Both the position numbers and the translations under genes were made by a program. Below the pieces are notes generated by a model. The model was not told the DNA's origin and ran no database searches. It worked only from the letters and a program-made list of their open reading frames with translations. This document shows positions 37,109 through 46,295 of a DNA stretch of 64,000 nucleotides, in pieces. Each line of letters opens with the position of its first letter. The first letter of the stretch is position 1. Source of the stretch: Candidatus Hadarchaeales archaeon (GTDB taxonomy: Archaea; Hadarchaeota; Hadarchaeia; Hadarchaeales; Hadarchaeaceae); contig JAVZGN010000003.1 of the NCBI GenBank assembly GCA_038872135.1, positions 1-64,000 on the forward strand. Direction: 5' to 3'.

Positions 37109-38893
37109 TTATTTTTCTTTTTTTGCTTCTTCAACCCAGGCAAACTTCTTTTGCAGGGTTTTGGGGTAAATCTTTTTCCAGTCGTAACCGATTTCTCCGG
37201 CCCAGATGGCGTAAACTCTCGGGTCTATGTAGCTCTTCAGGGATGTCCCTAGGTTATAATCTCTGGTTTCCCTGGCTAGTTTTAATTTCAATTTTGCGCT
37301 TTCTATCTTTTTCTCCATCGATTCAATTCTTCTTTTCATCTGCTCTTTCAGCTTGGTTTTTCTTTCGGAAAACTCCTTCCTGGAATTATCTATTCGCTTT
37401 TTTTCCTCTTTCATTCTCTTGAGCAGCTTCGAAACCATCTTTCTGTTCTTCCGCCTTCTTGCCTCCTCCAGCTTCTTCTCAATGATATTCAATTTCTCCC
37501 GTCTCTGGGCGATTTTTGTGTCAAACTTTTTCTCAAGCTCCTTCTCAGCCACGACAAACTTCTCCTTCAGAGCCTCCAGCTTCTCTCTCATCCCCCTCAA
37601 TTTCTCCTCCTTCTTTTCCATCGACTCCCTCCAGTTCTTTGGCAGCTTTCTCTTGTGGTGGCATTCAATTGCGGCCTGAAGGTTGGCCATCGTCGCCACA
37701 TACTTCTTCATCTCCTCTGGGCTACTTTTCTCAATCCCGCTGCGGGAAAGAAAGTCAGAGACGACTTTTGTCGCATGGTAAGTTCGGAAGACCTTGGCGG
37801 TCAATCCCGGCATGGCCTCATTCAAAAATTCATTCACAAGTTCAGATCTCACCCCGTCAAAAATTTGCTCCCGCGGCCCCTTCATAAAACTTCTAATGTT
37901 CTCGATCACTTGAGCCGGGAGTTCCACCTCTTTCACCCATCTCACAGAATCCTTCCCAAGAAAGTCGAATGTTACTCTTCCATCACCGCCAATCTTCACA
38001 TGAGAACCTCTCAGGGTAGTCGCTCCAACTGTGTCCGCCTCATCCTTGTCCTTCTCATCCCCCACCCTGAACTTTAATGTGTCAATGAGATACGCTACTG
38101 TGGCTATTTTTCTTCTCAGGGGGTCCTCAGCCGTCAGCCCCTTCCAGATGTGCTCCCTGACTTTAGGCAGATACTCCTCAAGCTTTCTTGCAGTGTCAAA
38201 CTTCTCTCTTTCCCTTATCTGTCTGAGGGCTGCACTTTCAGCTATCCATACATATTTCATCTTCCCTGTCAGCTTGTCCCTCCATTTTGCGACCCAGAGA
38301 GCGTTTGGATCAAATTCTACTCCTCCCCAGGGTTCTCCCGTCGGCGTCGGAGGGGGATCGCATGAAAGATTCAAAATGATATCGGAATATTTGACCCTTG
38401 GCTTCCATCTTCCCCTGAGAGGATGTTTTCCCCGTCCCATGAAGATGCAGGGCGGCTCAACCATATAATTTCCTATTTCGACTTTTTCCCCGTTAATTAT
38501 CGCATACCCATACTTCTCCTTTTTCTCTTCCCTCGCCCTCTTCCTCTCCTCGGCCAGCCTCTTTTTCTCTTCCTTTGTCATTTTTTCCTTGGCGATTTTT
38601 TGCTCATCAACCCATCTGATGATTTCTGAAAAATCGAAGTCCTCGGGAGACACCTCCTCCTGAATCCCAAGAGCTTTGGAAAAATCGCTGAAAAAATTCC
38701 TGACGAAAACAGGATCTTTAACATAGTCGGTTCCAAGCTTCTTCACCCATGCCACGGCCATCTCCTCCTGCTCGGGGGTAAGGGCTATCCGTTTACCGCG
38801 GTACCTTATTTTGAAGCCGATTGGCTCATACTCCGGGATGAGAACACCATTGTGCTTTATCTCCCAAATTCTCGCAGGCCACAGCTTCTTCAT
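37109..38893 (-). CDS. DNA topoisomerase IB, eukaryote-like long form
   Basis: EPPCIFMGRGKHPLRG, FRVGDEKD, DTVG, FLGKDS, AKVFRTY, CHHKR, long coiled-coil linker, GTSLKSYIDPR with catalytic Tyr. Confidence 0.94.
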   Translation of the reverse strand: MKKLWPARIWEIKHNGVLIPEYEPIGFKIRYRGKRIALTPEQEEMAVAWVKKLGTDYVKDPVFVRNFFSDFSKALGIQEEVSPEDFDFSEIIRWVDEQKIAKEKMTKEEKKRLAEERKRAREEKKEKYGYAIINGEKVEIGNYMVEPPCIFMGRGKHPLRGRWKPRVKYSDIILNLSCDPPPTPTGEPWGGVEFDPNALWVAKWRDKLTGKMKYVWIAESAALRQIREREKFDTARKLEEYLPKVREHIWKGLTAEDPLRRKIATVAYLIDTLKFRVGDEKDKDEADTVGATTLRGSHVKIGGDGRVTFDFLGKDSVRWVKEVELPAQVIENIRSFMKGPREQIFDGVRSELVNEFLNEAMPGLTAKVFRTYHATKVVSDFLSRSGIEKSSPEEMKKYVATMANLQAAIECHHKRKLPKNWRESMEKKEEKLRGMREKLEALKEKFVVAEKELEKKFDTKIAQRREKLNIIEKKLEEARRRKNRKMVSKLLKRMKEEKKRIDNSRKEFSERKTKLKEQMKRRIESMEKKIESAKLKLKLARETRDYNLGTSLKSYIDPRVYAIWAGEIGYDWKKIYPKTLQKKFAWVEEAKKEK

Positions 38894-38970
38894 ACTCCCA
38901 TTCAGAAAAGACCTCGGCTTCTTATACTCTTTTGCCGGCGTGCGTGTCTATAGATCCTCTCAAACTGTGC

Positions 38971-39447
38971 TCATTTTCTAATTTCCCTTGCTGCATCCAA
39001 AATTGCATCGATTATCTGCCTGTAGCCTGTGCACCTGCAGAGAATTCCTCCTATCGCTTCCTTCACCTCTTCTTCAGTCGGGGCGGGATTTTCTCTCAAG
39101 AAAGCTTCGGCCGCAAGTATAAAGGCAGGCGCGCAGAACCCACACTGGACCGCCCCATGCTCGATGAACTTCCTCTGAACGGGAGTAAGCTGACCATCCT
39201 TTGCAAGGCCTTCTACCGTTGTCACCTCTTTTCCATCGGCTTCTACCGCCAGCACTAGGCAGGACTTCACCGGGACTCCATCAACCAAAACTGTGCAAAG
39301 ACCGCAGTCCCCCCTCTCGCACGCGCATTTCGGCCCAGTTATCCCAAGGTCCTCCCTCAGAAATCGCAGAAGGGTGCGGTTGGCCTCTACCTCGGCCACA
39401 AATGGCTCGCCGTTGACTTTCAGAGAAATCCTGTGCCTAGACATCAC
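38971..39447 (-). CDS. Xanthine dehydrogenase family 2Fe-2S subunit
   Basis: CERGDCGLC, SC, QCGFC, CRCTGY. Confidence 0.94.
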   Translation of the reverse strand: MMSRHRISLKVNGEPFVAEVEANRTLLRFLREDLGITGPKCACERGDCGLCTVLVDGVPVKSCLVLAVEADGKEVTTVEGLAKDGQLTPVQRKFIEHGAVQCGFCAPAFILAAEAFLRENPAPTEEEVKEAIGGILCRCTGYRQIIDAILDAAREIRK

Positions 39448-40298
39448 TTCACCCCAAGAAGCTCCTTCAGCCCCCTCTCCACCAAGACTCCTGCCATGTG
39501 GAGTCTATACTCTCTGCTCGCCCGCACATCAGAGATCGGGGAAATCTTTGCACGAACAGTCTCCACAGTCTTCTTGATTTTCTCTTCCACCGAGCCCTCC
39601 TCCCTAAAAATCTTTCCAACCTCCTCGATTAAAATCGGGGTTTTGTAAACCGATGAAAGGGCTATTCGAACATCTCTCCCGCCGTCGGCCACCAGCAGTG
39701 CAACCCCAACAACAGCGAGATCCTCACCCCTCGTCCTTCCCCACTTCAGATATCTCCCAACGCTTTCTTTTGGCGGCTCTGGAATGATAACGGCTGTGAC
39801 CAGCTCATTTGGTCCAACGATCGTGCGCTTTACCCCCACAAAAAACTGCCTGATGGGAACTCGGCGCACCCCGGCTTTCCCCGCAACCTCCACCTCAGCG
39901 TTGAGGACAAGAAGAGCTGGAGCCGTGTCTGCCGCTGGCGAGGCGTTGCAGATATTCCCCACCAGCGTTGCCCTTTGCCTGAGGATGGGATCTGCAAGGA
40001 CCCTGGCGGCGTCCCAAAGAACATGAAACTTTTCTCTCACGATCTCGCTCTTGAGAAGCTGGGCAAGAGTAGCTGTTGCACCGATTCTGAGCCCCGCCCT
40101 CTCAGAGTAGGAAATCTCACCGAGCTCTTCCACCCCTTTTAAATCTATAACGTGTTTCGGCCTGAGAATTCTATCTCTCATCAGGACGAAAAGATCTGTG
40201 CCACCGGCAAAAACCTTTGCTTTCTCCCCATACATTTCCAGCAGCCCAACTGCCTCTTCAACAGTGCTGGGCCTGTGGTAATCGAATTTCGTCATCAT
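39444..40298 (-). CDS. Xanthine dehydrogenase family FAD subunit
   Basis: AGGTDL, ATLVGNICNASPAAD, PISDVRAS. Confidence 0.94.
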   Translation of the reverse strand: MMTKFDYHRPSTVEEAVGLLEMYGEKAKVFAGGTDLFVLMRDRILRPKHVIDLKGVEELGEISYSERAGLRIGATATLAQLLKSEIVREKFHVLWDAARVLADPILRQRATLVGNICNASPAADTAPALLVLNAEVEVAGKAGVRRVPIRQFFVGVKRTIVGPNELVTAVIIPEPPKESVGRYLKWGRTRGEDLAVVGVALLVADGGRDVRIALSSVYKTPILIEEVGKIFREEGSVEEKIKKTVETVRAKISPISDVRASREYRLHMAGVLVERGLKELLGVK

Positions 40299-42610
40299 CT
40301 TCTTTCCCTACTCAACTTTTTCCAGATCCTCTCCCTCGACAGCGGGAGGTCAAAGAAATCTACGCCCACAGCATCGTAAATGGCGTTTGCCACTGCCGCT
40401 GCAACTCCTATGGTCGGGTGCTCGCCTATCCCCCTCGCCCCATAGGGAGCGTTACGCTGGGGATTTTCTATCAAGATCGGGACAAATTTTTCCGGGATGT
40501 CTTGGCTCCTGAAAATTTTATAATCGGTGAGGTTGTTGTTCAAGAGCTTTCCTTTTTCATCAAAGATAAACTCCTCCATCATTGTTGTCCCGAGACCCTG
40601 AACAACCCCTCCGTAAATCTGCCCCTTCACAAGCAGCGGGTTCAGGGCCTTCCCGAGGTCCAGCGCCGTTACTATTTTCAGAATTCTCAAATCCCCAGTT
40701 TCAGGATCAACCTCCACTTCAGCTCCCTGAGCACCGAAGGTCCACATCAGGGCTGGTCTCCCCTGCCCAGTCTCGGAATCTAGAAATGTCAGGCCTTCTG
40801 CGGTATAGTATCCATATCCAAGGAGCGGCCCCTTTATTCCTCTCCCATCTGGCAGGATCCCGGCGGTTGCGATGGTGGCAAAAGAAACGCTCTTCTCAGG
40901 CTCCCTCTTCACATAGACTTTCCCACCGCCAACCTCAAGCCCCGTCACCGGTACTCCAAGGAGAATGCTAGCGGTTTCCTTCATCTTGTTCTTTAGATCT
41001 TCGATTGCCATCAGGACAGCATTTCCATCCATGAAGCTTCCCCGGCTCGCGACAGTCTGCCAGGAGTAGGGGGAAGTGTCTGTGTTTCTTTCCCTCACAA
41101 CGTCAACTTGCTCCAAGGGGATTCCAAGACCTTCCGCGACCATCTGGGCAAAAGCCGTTTCAGTTCCCTGTCCCATCTCAGTGAGTCCTAGGGAAAGGAC
41201 TACTGTCCCATCTTCGTTCACCTTCACGATAGCGGAGGAAGAAGTGTAAGAGGGCATGGCCGGACACTTCCACAGAGCCGCTATCCCGATTCCCCTGAAT
41301 TTCCCTTTTTTTTCACCCCACCCAAGCTCCTTTGCAACTGCAATGAGACACTGATCAACCCGCCCACAGTCTTCCGCGAGCTTTTCTCCCGTCGGGGTTA
41401 TCTTCCCCGGAAGTGCAGCATTCTTCAACCTGAATTCCAGTGGATCCATTCCAATTTCCCTAGCTACTATATCCATCTGGCGCTCTGTTGCCCAGTGAAA
41501 CTCCACATGACCGAAGCCTCTGTAAGCCGTCCCATATGGATGATTTGTGTAAACAGTGATGCTGTCGCACTTCACATTTGGAATATCATATGGCCCAGTG
41601 CATGCGTACCCTCCAGCCCTTCCAACATTTACAGCATAATCCGCATATGCTCCAGAGTCCCAGATGTAGAGAATTTCTTCAGCAGTGATCCTTCCATCTC
41701 TTTTAACGCCAGTTTTTATCTTTGCATACATCCCCTGTCTTACTGCTGCTGTGTTAAACTCCTCTTCCCTCGTCATCGTTAATTTCACCGGGCGGCCGCC
41801 GGCTTTCTTTGAGAGGAGGACCACGAGAGGCTCCCAGTGGAGACCTGCTTTTCCCCCAAAACCCCCACCGATGAATGGAACCCTGACTGTGATTCTGCTG
41901 GTGGGGATATTCAGACCAGCGCTCAGAAGATGCCTCACCGCGAAGGGCGACTGGGCGCTCGTCCAGACAGTTATGTGGCCATCGGGACCCCACTGCCCAA
42001 TGCTTATATGAGGCTCCATCTGGACATTCTGGACCATCGGCTGGCTGAACTCATTCTCCACAACAACATCTGCCTCTTTAAAACCCTTCTCAACGTCCCC
42101 TTTCCTCAGCTTAAAGTGGTTGGCTATGTTTGTTCCAGGTTTTGGATAGATGAATGGGGCGTGGAAGTATTCGCCGAGATCCTCGTGAACAAGCGGAGCT
42201 CCTTCTTTTAAGGCTTCCCTAGGATCAAAAACCGCCGGGAGCTCCTCATATTCGACCTCGACGAGTTCAACCGCATCCTCAGCAATTTCCTCTGTATCCG
42301 CCGCTATCGCAACAACTGGTTCTCCAAGATATCTCGCCTTTTTTCTCGCCAGCACATATTTGTCAGACATATAAATTCCAAATCTGTAAGGAAGTTCTGC
42401 CCCTGTGAGGACGGCCCTGACCCCCGGCAGGCGCTCCGCCCTGGAGGTATCGATCTTAACTATTCTCGCATGGGCGTATGGGCTTTTGAGAAGGCGTGCA
42501 TAGAGCATCCCGGGGAGCTTTATATCAGCGGTGTAGATTGCGCTCCCAGTAACTTTTTCAACGGCATCTATGCGGGGAACTTCCTTGCCCACATACCTCG
42601 GTCCTTCCAT
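40295..42610 (-). CDS. Xanthine dehydrogenase family molybdopterin subunit
   Basis: GGGFGGK, AYRGFG, EMGQG, GQIYGGVVQGLG, RGIGE; start set at MEGPRYVG. Confidence 0.94.
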   Translation of the reverse strand: MEGPRYVGKEVPRIDAVEKVTGSAIYTADIKLPGMLYARLLKSPYAHARIVKIDTSRAERLPGVRAVLTGAELPYRFGIYMSDKYVLARKKARYLGEPVVAIAADTEEIAEDAVELVEVEYEELPAVFDPREALKEGAPLVHEDLGEYFHAPFIYPKPGTNIANHFKLRKGDVEKGFKEADVVVENEFSQPMVQNVQMEPHISIGQWGPDGHITVWTSAQSPFAVRHLLSAGLNIPTSRITVRVPFIGGGFGGKAGLHWEPLVVLLSKKAGGRPVKLTMTREEEFNTAAVRQGMYAKIKTGVKRDGRITAEEILYIWDSGAYADYAVNVGRAGGYACTGPYDIPNVKCDSITVYTNHPYGTAYRGFGHVEFHWATERQMDIVAREIGMDPLEFRLKNAALPGKITPTGEKLAEDCGRVDQCLIAVAKELGWGEKKGKFRGIGIAALWKCPAMPSYTSSSAIVKVNEDGTVVLSLGLTEMGQGTETAFAQMVAEGLGIPLEQVDVVRERNTDTSPYSWQTVASRGSFMDGNAVLMAIEDLKNKMKETASILLGVPVTGLEVGGGKVYVKREPEKSVSFATIATAGILPDGRGIKGPLLGYGYYTAEGLTFLDSETGQGRPALMWTFGAQGAEVEVDPETGDLRILKIVTALDLGKALNPLLVKGQIYGGVVQGLGTTMMEEFIFDEKGKLLNNNLTDYKIFRSQDIPEKFVPILIENPQRNAPYGARGIGEHPTIGVAAAVANAIYDAVGVDFFDLPLSRERIWKKLSRERR

Positions 42611-42691
42611 CCTTCCACTCACACTTTTCTCCAATCGTTTAAAGTCTTTACCGAGCGCCGAGATTTCCACAGAGCGTGCCAGCAATGTTTT

Positions 42692-42931
42692 CTAAAGCAT
42701 CCGGGCAGGATTTCTCCCCGTGCCTCCATCAACGGTCGGCACCAGCACTATTTCATCCCCGCTTTTCAGAACAGTTTCTGCGGTGGCCGGGACTCCATTT
42801 ACATTTATGAGAGCTATGGAGGCCGGATGGTACTTCAACTTCTCCATGAGATCTCTCACCATAGCTCCATCTCCAATTTCCACTTCTTCCCATCCCTTGC
42901 TAGCGGCCAGCCGCACCCTGACTTTCATCAC
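42692..42931 (-). CDS. ThiS/MoaD-like ubiquitin-fold protein with C-terminal extension
   Basis: INVNG..LKSGDEIVLVPTVDGG-TGRNPARML. Confidence 0.8.
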   Translation of the reverse strand: MMKVRVRLAASKGWEEVEIGDGAMVRDLMEKLKYHPASIALINVNGVPATAETVLKSGDEIVLVPTVDGGTGRNPARML

Positions 42932-42995
42932 TAAAACTTCTCCAAGGATTAATAAGTTAGTTTTTTAAATGTCTCGGCGGATTTCAAGTGAGAGC

Positions 42996-43466
42996 ATGAA
43001 AATCGCCATCCAAGGGCTCGGTGAAGTCCCAGTTCCGATTGTCCTGGTGATGGAGAATGAGAAGCCCGATATTTCCCACATAATCTGCTCCCAGTATCAG
43101 CTGAGGCATGTGGCCACTGAAGCCGGATATTCAAAACCGAACAAAGAGGTAATCGATGAAGCTGCGGGAAGGCTTGGGATAAATGTTCAGTATCACGTCT
43201 GCGATGTTTTCAGCCCTCAAGAAGTTGGAAGGGTTATCGGAGATATCTTGGAAAAAATTGATACAAAAAATGATGAATTGATCATAAACTACACCGGTGG
43301 GAGCGCCGTGGTGAGACTCCTCCTTGGGACAGCAGGGATCATTTCCTCCACCCTGATGAAGGCGAAAGTGGTTTATGCAATAAGGTATCCCTCCGGAATT
43401 GTAAAGACAGAGGATCACACGGAAGCCCTCAGGGACATCTTCAGGCGTCTTTCGATAATTCCATGA
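42996..43466 (+). CDS. Stand-alone CARF-like Rossmann domain protein
   Basis: Beta1 motif IQGLGEVPVP, KPD, CD.F, IINYTGGS, VVY; no effector domain. Confidence 0.65.
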   Translation: MKIAIQGLGEVPVPIVLVMENEKPDISHIICSQYQLRHVATEAGYSKPNKEVIDEAAGRLGINVQYHVCDVFSPQEVGRVIGDILEKIDTKNDELIINYTGGSAVVRLLLGTAGIISSTLMKAKVVYAIRYPSGIVKTEDHTEALRDIFRRLSIIP

Positions 43467-44707
43467 GGCCGATGGCTTTGCTTCTGCGCGAGTTCAAATG
43501 TCTGAAATGCGGAAGAGTTTTGAAACCTGAAAGGAACCTTTATGTCTGCACAGCCTGCGGTGGGAAGATAGAAGCAGTTTACGATTATGAGAAAATCAAG
43601 CTGGAGAAAAAACATCTAGAGAAGCGCGCGCCAGGTGTCTGGAAGTACAAAGAACTCCTGCCGGCAGAAAAAAGGGTGACGCTTGGGGAGGGAGGAACCC
43701 CCCTTCTAAAGAGCGGGAAGCTTGCCGAAGAACTAGGATTGAAGAACCTCTACCTGAAAGATGAAACGAGAAATCCCACCGGCTCCTTCAAAGACAGGAT
43801 GATGGCCGTCGGAGTCTCAAAGGCGGTTGAGTTTGGGGCGGAGGCTGTCGTGACTGCTTCCAGCGGCAACGCTGCGATTTCGCTGGCCGCTTATGCAGCA
43901 AACGCCGGCCTCACCTGCTATGCATTCGTCCCAGCGACGGCTCCAGAAAGCAAGATTGCACAGCTTTCAATGCACGGGGCGAAAGTCGTGAAGGTCGCCG
44001 GGAGAAGGAGAGGGGATCCAACCTATGAGATGATGATCGAGGGATGGAAGAGGTTTGGGTGGCACCCGATTCCCAGCGCGGGAGCATTCAATCCCTACCA
44101 CTGGGAGGGAATAAAAACACTTTCCTATGAGGTCTGTGAGTCCCTCGGATGGAATTCTCCAGACTGGATTTTTGTGCCGACGGGAGCCGGGACCCTCCTT
44201 TCCGGTACCGCAAAAGGATTCTTTGAATTCCAGCACCTCGGTCTCATAAAAGATCTCCCGAGGATCGTATGCGTTCAAGCAGCTGGCTGTGCTCCTTTAG
44301 TTAATGCTTTCAAGAAAAATATTCCTCCAGAAAAGATAGAGACCTGGCCAAGCCCAAAGACAGTTGCGGGGGGATTGATCGATCCATATCCATGGGACGC
44401 CAACACAGCGTTGCCGGCGCTGAAAAAAACGGGAGGAACTGCTGTTGCGGTCACTGACAGAGAAATTCTGGAAGCAGAAAAATCGCTTGCAAGAAAAGAG
44501 GGAATTTTCGCTGAGCCATCTGGAGCAGCCGGAATTGCTGGGTTAAAAAAGCTTCTTGAGGAAGGCCTGATAGAAAAATCTGACATTGTCGTTGTCGAGA
44601 TAACTGGAGCGGGCCTGAAAGACATAAAAACTGCGATGAAAATTTCCGAGCCCCCAACAACCATCAAGGGCAATCTTAAAGATCTGGAAAATATTCTTAC
44701 GGCCTAA
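43463..44707 (+). CDS. thrC: Threonine synthase family PLP enzyme
   Basis: N-terminal CxxC..CxxC, LGEGGTPL, NPTGSFKDR, ASSGNA, VPTGAG, EPSGAA. Confidence 0.9.
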   Translation: MRPMALLLREFKCLKCGRVLKPERNLYVCTACGGKIEAVYDYEKIKLEKKHLEKRAPGVWKYKELLPAEKRVTLGEGGTPLLKSGKLAEELGLKNLYLKDETRNPTGSFKDRMMAVGVSKAVEFGAEAVVTASSGNAAISLAAYAANAGLTCYAFVPATAPESKIAQLSMHGAKVVKVAGRRRGDPTYEMMIEGWKRFGWHPIPSAGAFNPYHWEGIKTLSYEVCESLGWNSPDWIFVPTGAGTLLSGTAKGFFEFQHLGLIKDLPRIVCVQAAGCAPLVNAFKKNIPPEKIETWPSPKTVAGGLIDPYPWDANTALPALKKTGGTAVAVTDREILEAEKSLARKEGIFAEPSGAAGIAGLKKLLEEGLIEKSDIVVVEITGAGLKDIKTAMKISEPPTTIKGNLKDLENILTA

Positions 44708-44708
44708 A

Positions 44709-44828
44709 TCACCCGAGTCTCCCCAGCTTTCGCTGCTTTATCCTGCGCATTTTTCTCCTCATCCTCTTCCTGACCCATTTCCACCTCATCCGCCTTCTCT
44801 TCTTCCATTTCCTAGGCCGCTTTCCCAT
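44709..44828 (-). CDS. rpl41e: Ribosomal protein L41e (eL41/eS32), archaeal long form
   Basis: Manual translation MGKRPRKWKKRRRMRWKWVRKRMRRKMRRIKQRKLGRLG. Confidence 0.88.
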   Translation of the reverse strand: MGKRPRKWKKRRRMRWKWVRKRMRRKMRRIKQRKLGRLG

Positions 44829-44890
44829 AAAGCACCAACATCCAATCTGAGAGCTGTATTAAAACCTCTATGGAAGCTCGATGTTGAGTG

Positions 44891-45487
44891 TTACTTTGCG
44901 CAGCGGAAGAGGAAGAGCTCTTCAAATGGAAGCTTCTTCTGCAGAAAGTTGAATTTCAGCCCAGAGAGTTTTAGCATTTGGATGGTTTTCGGGATGTCTG
45001 ACAAAGAGGATTGCACAAAAACCGCGCGCCCTCCTAGCTCCAAGTGCTCTGGGAATTCTTGGAGAAATCTCTCGATGACCCTCCTTCCATCGACGCCGCC
45101 ATCCCAAGCCTTTTCCAGCCATCCTCCCTTTGCTTCCTCGGGATCGGTGGGCAGATAGGGAGGATTGAAAATTATCTGGTTAAAGCGTTCCCCCTTCACA
45201 GGTTTGAAGAGATCCCCGATCCTGAAATCAATTTTTCCGTCAACTCCATTCGCCGCGGCATTTCTTCTTGCACACTCTATGGCTACTGGGTTTATATCTG
45301 TGGCAACTACATTTCCCCCTGCTTTTGCTGCGATAACCGCTAGCATCCCACACCCAGTTCCCAGCTCAAGTACTTTCTCTCCAGCCCTGACCTCAAGATT
45401 CTCCGCGAGAAAAAATGTGTCCTCCGCTGGCTCATAGACATCTGGAAGAACTGAGAACCGTAGCTCCCTCCAATAAACAATCTTCAC
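44891..45487 (-). CDS. HemK2/MTQ2-family protein methyltransferase
   Basis: VYEPAEDTF, LELGTGCG, FNPPYLP, GGVDGR; start set at GTG 45487. Confidence 0.9.
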   Translation of the reverse strand: MKIVYWRELRFSVLPDVYEPAEDTFFLAENLEVRAGEKVLELGTGCGMLAVIAAKAGGNVVATDINPVAIECARRNAAANGVDGKIDFRIGDLFKPVKGERFNQIIFNPPYLPTDPEEAKGGWLEKAWDGGVDGRRVIERFLQEFPEHLELGGRAVFVQSSLSDIPKTIQMLKLSGLKFNFLQKKLPFEELFLFRCAK

Positions 45488-45509
45488 TTCTGGGGCAGGA
45501 GCTGGAGGT

Positions 45510-46028
45510 TCACATGAACTTCCTGTAAATTCTTTTGAGTTCTTCCTCAGCACTTTCATGAACGGCCACGAGCGAGATGGCAGTTTTTTCCACACTTTCA
45601 TTAAAGATGAAGGGGGTTGTTGCTTTCTTCTCAAGCTCCTTGAACTCTCTTATCAGACGGATCGACTCCATTACCTCCCTCTCGATTATATTGAAATATT
45701 TCGCGCCATTGAACTGCTTCTGGGGAGGAGCCTCTGCAGCGGGAGTTTCTTTCACCATCGGCCTTCCGAGTACCCTTTCAACAAGGGGTCTGATATTCTC
45801 GGTTTCTTCTTTCATCTTTTCCCTCGTTGCTTCAAGCTGGGTCGCCCACTCAGTCAGGCTTGTTTTTCTCGTCCTCATGTATCTTTCATATGCTCTACTG
45901 AACTTCTCCATTGCCACCAAATAGTCGTAAAGTCTACGTATGTATTTGGAGGCAACGGCCTCCATGGGTGCTGGTTTCTCCGCTTTTTTTGCCCCCGCCT
46001 TTGGCTGAGTCTTGGCGGCTTTTGCCAT
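45510..46028 (-). CDS. Hypothetical helical protein
   Basis: 172-aa ORF with Lys/Ala-rich N-tail and amphipathic helices; TATA-like element upstream. Confidence 0.65.
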   Translation of the reverse strand: MAKAAKTQPKAGAKKAEKPAPMEAVASKYIRRLYDYLVAMEKFSRAYERYMRTRKTSLTEWATQLEATREKMKEETENIRPLVERVLGRPMVKETPAAEAPPQKQFNGAKYFNIIEREVMESIRLIREFKELEKKATTPFIFNESVEKTAISLVAVHESAEEELKRIYRKFM

Positions 46029-46110
46029 CGATAAAACTGTTTCCCCGGCTTTAAATCCATTTCCGGAAAAGAGTGAAAACCCTTTTTTGACCGGAGCGAA
46101 TGTATTGTTG

Positions 46111-46188
46111 GCGGCAGTAGTCTAGCTTGGTCTAGGACACGTGCCTGCCACGCACGTGACGCGGGTTCAAATCCCGCCTGCCGCACCA
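46111..46188 (+). tRNA. tRNA-Gly(GCC)
   Basis: GCGGCAG..CGTGC CT GCC AC GCACG..GGTTCAAATCC..CTGCCGC A CCA. Confidence 0.96.
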
Positions 46189-46295
46189 CAAAAGATCATG
46201 AGAAATCTCCGCCTATTATTCCTAACAGTTATATTAAAAGCAAAAATATAAATAATGGGATTATCATCAGTATTGTTGATCATGGAGGAGAAAAA

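Noticed and set aside
40295-42610. Aerobic CO dehydrogenase (CoxL)
   Set aside because: The active-site loop is AYRGFG, not AYRCSFR or AYRGAGR, so this is a generic Mo-hydroxylase
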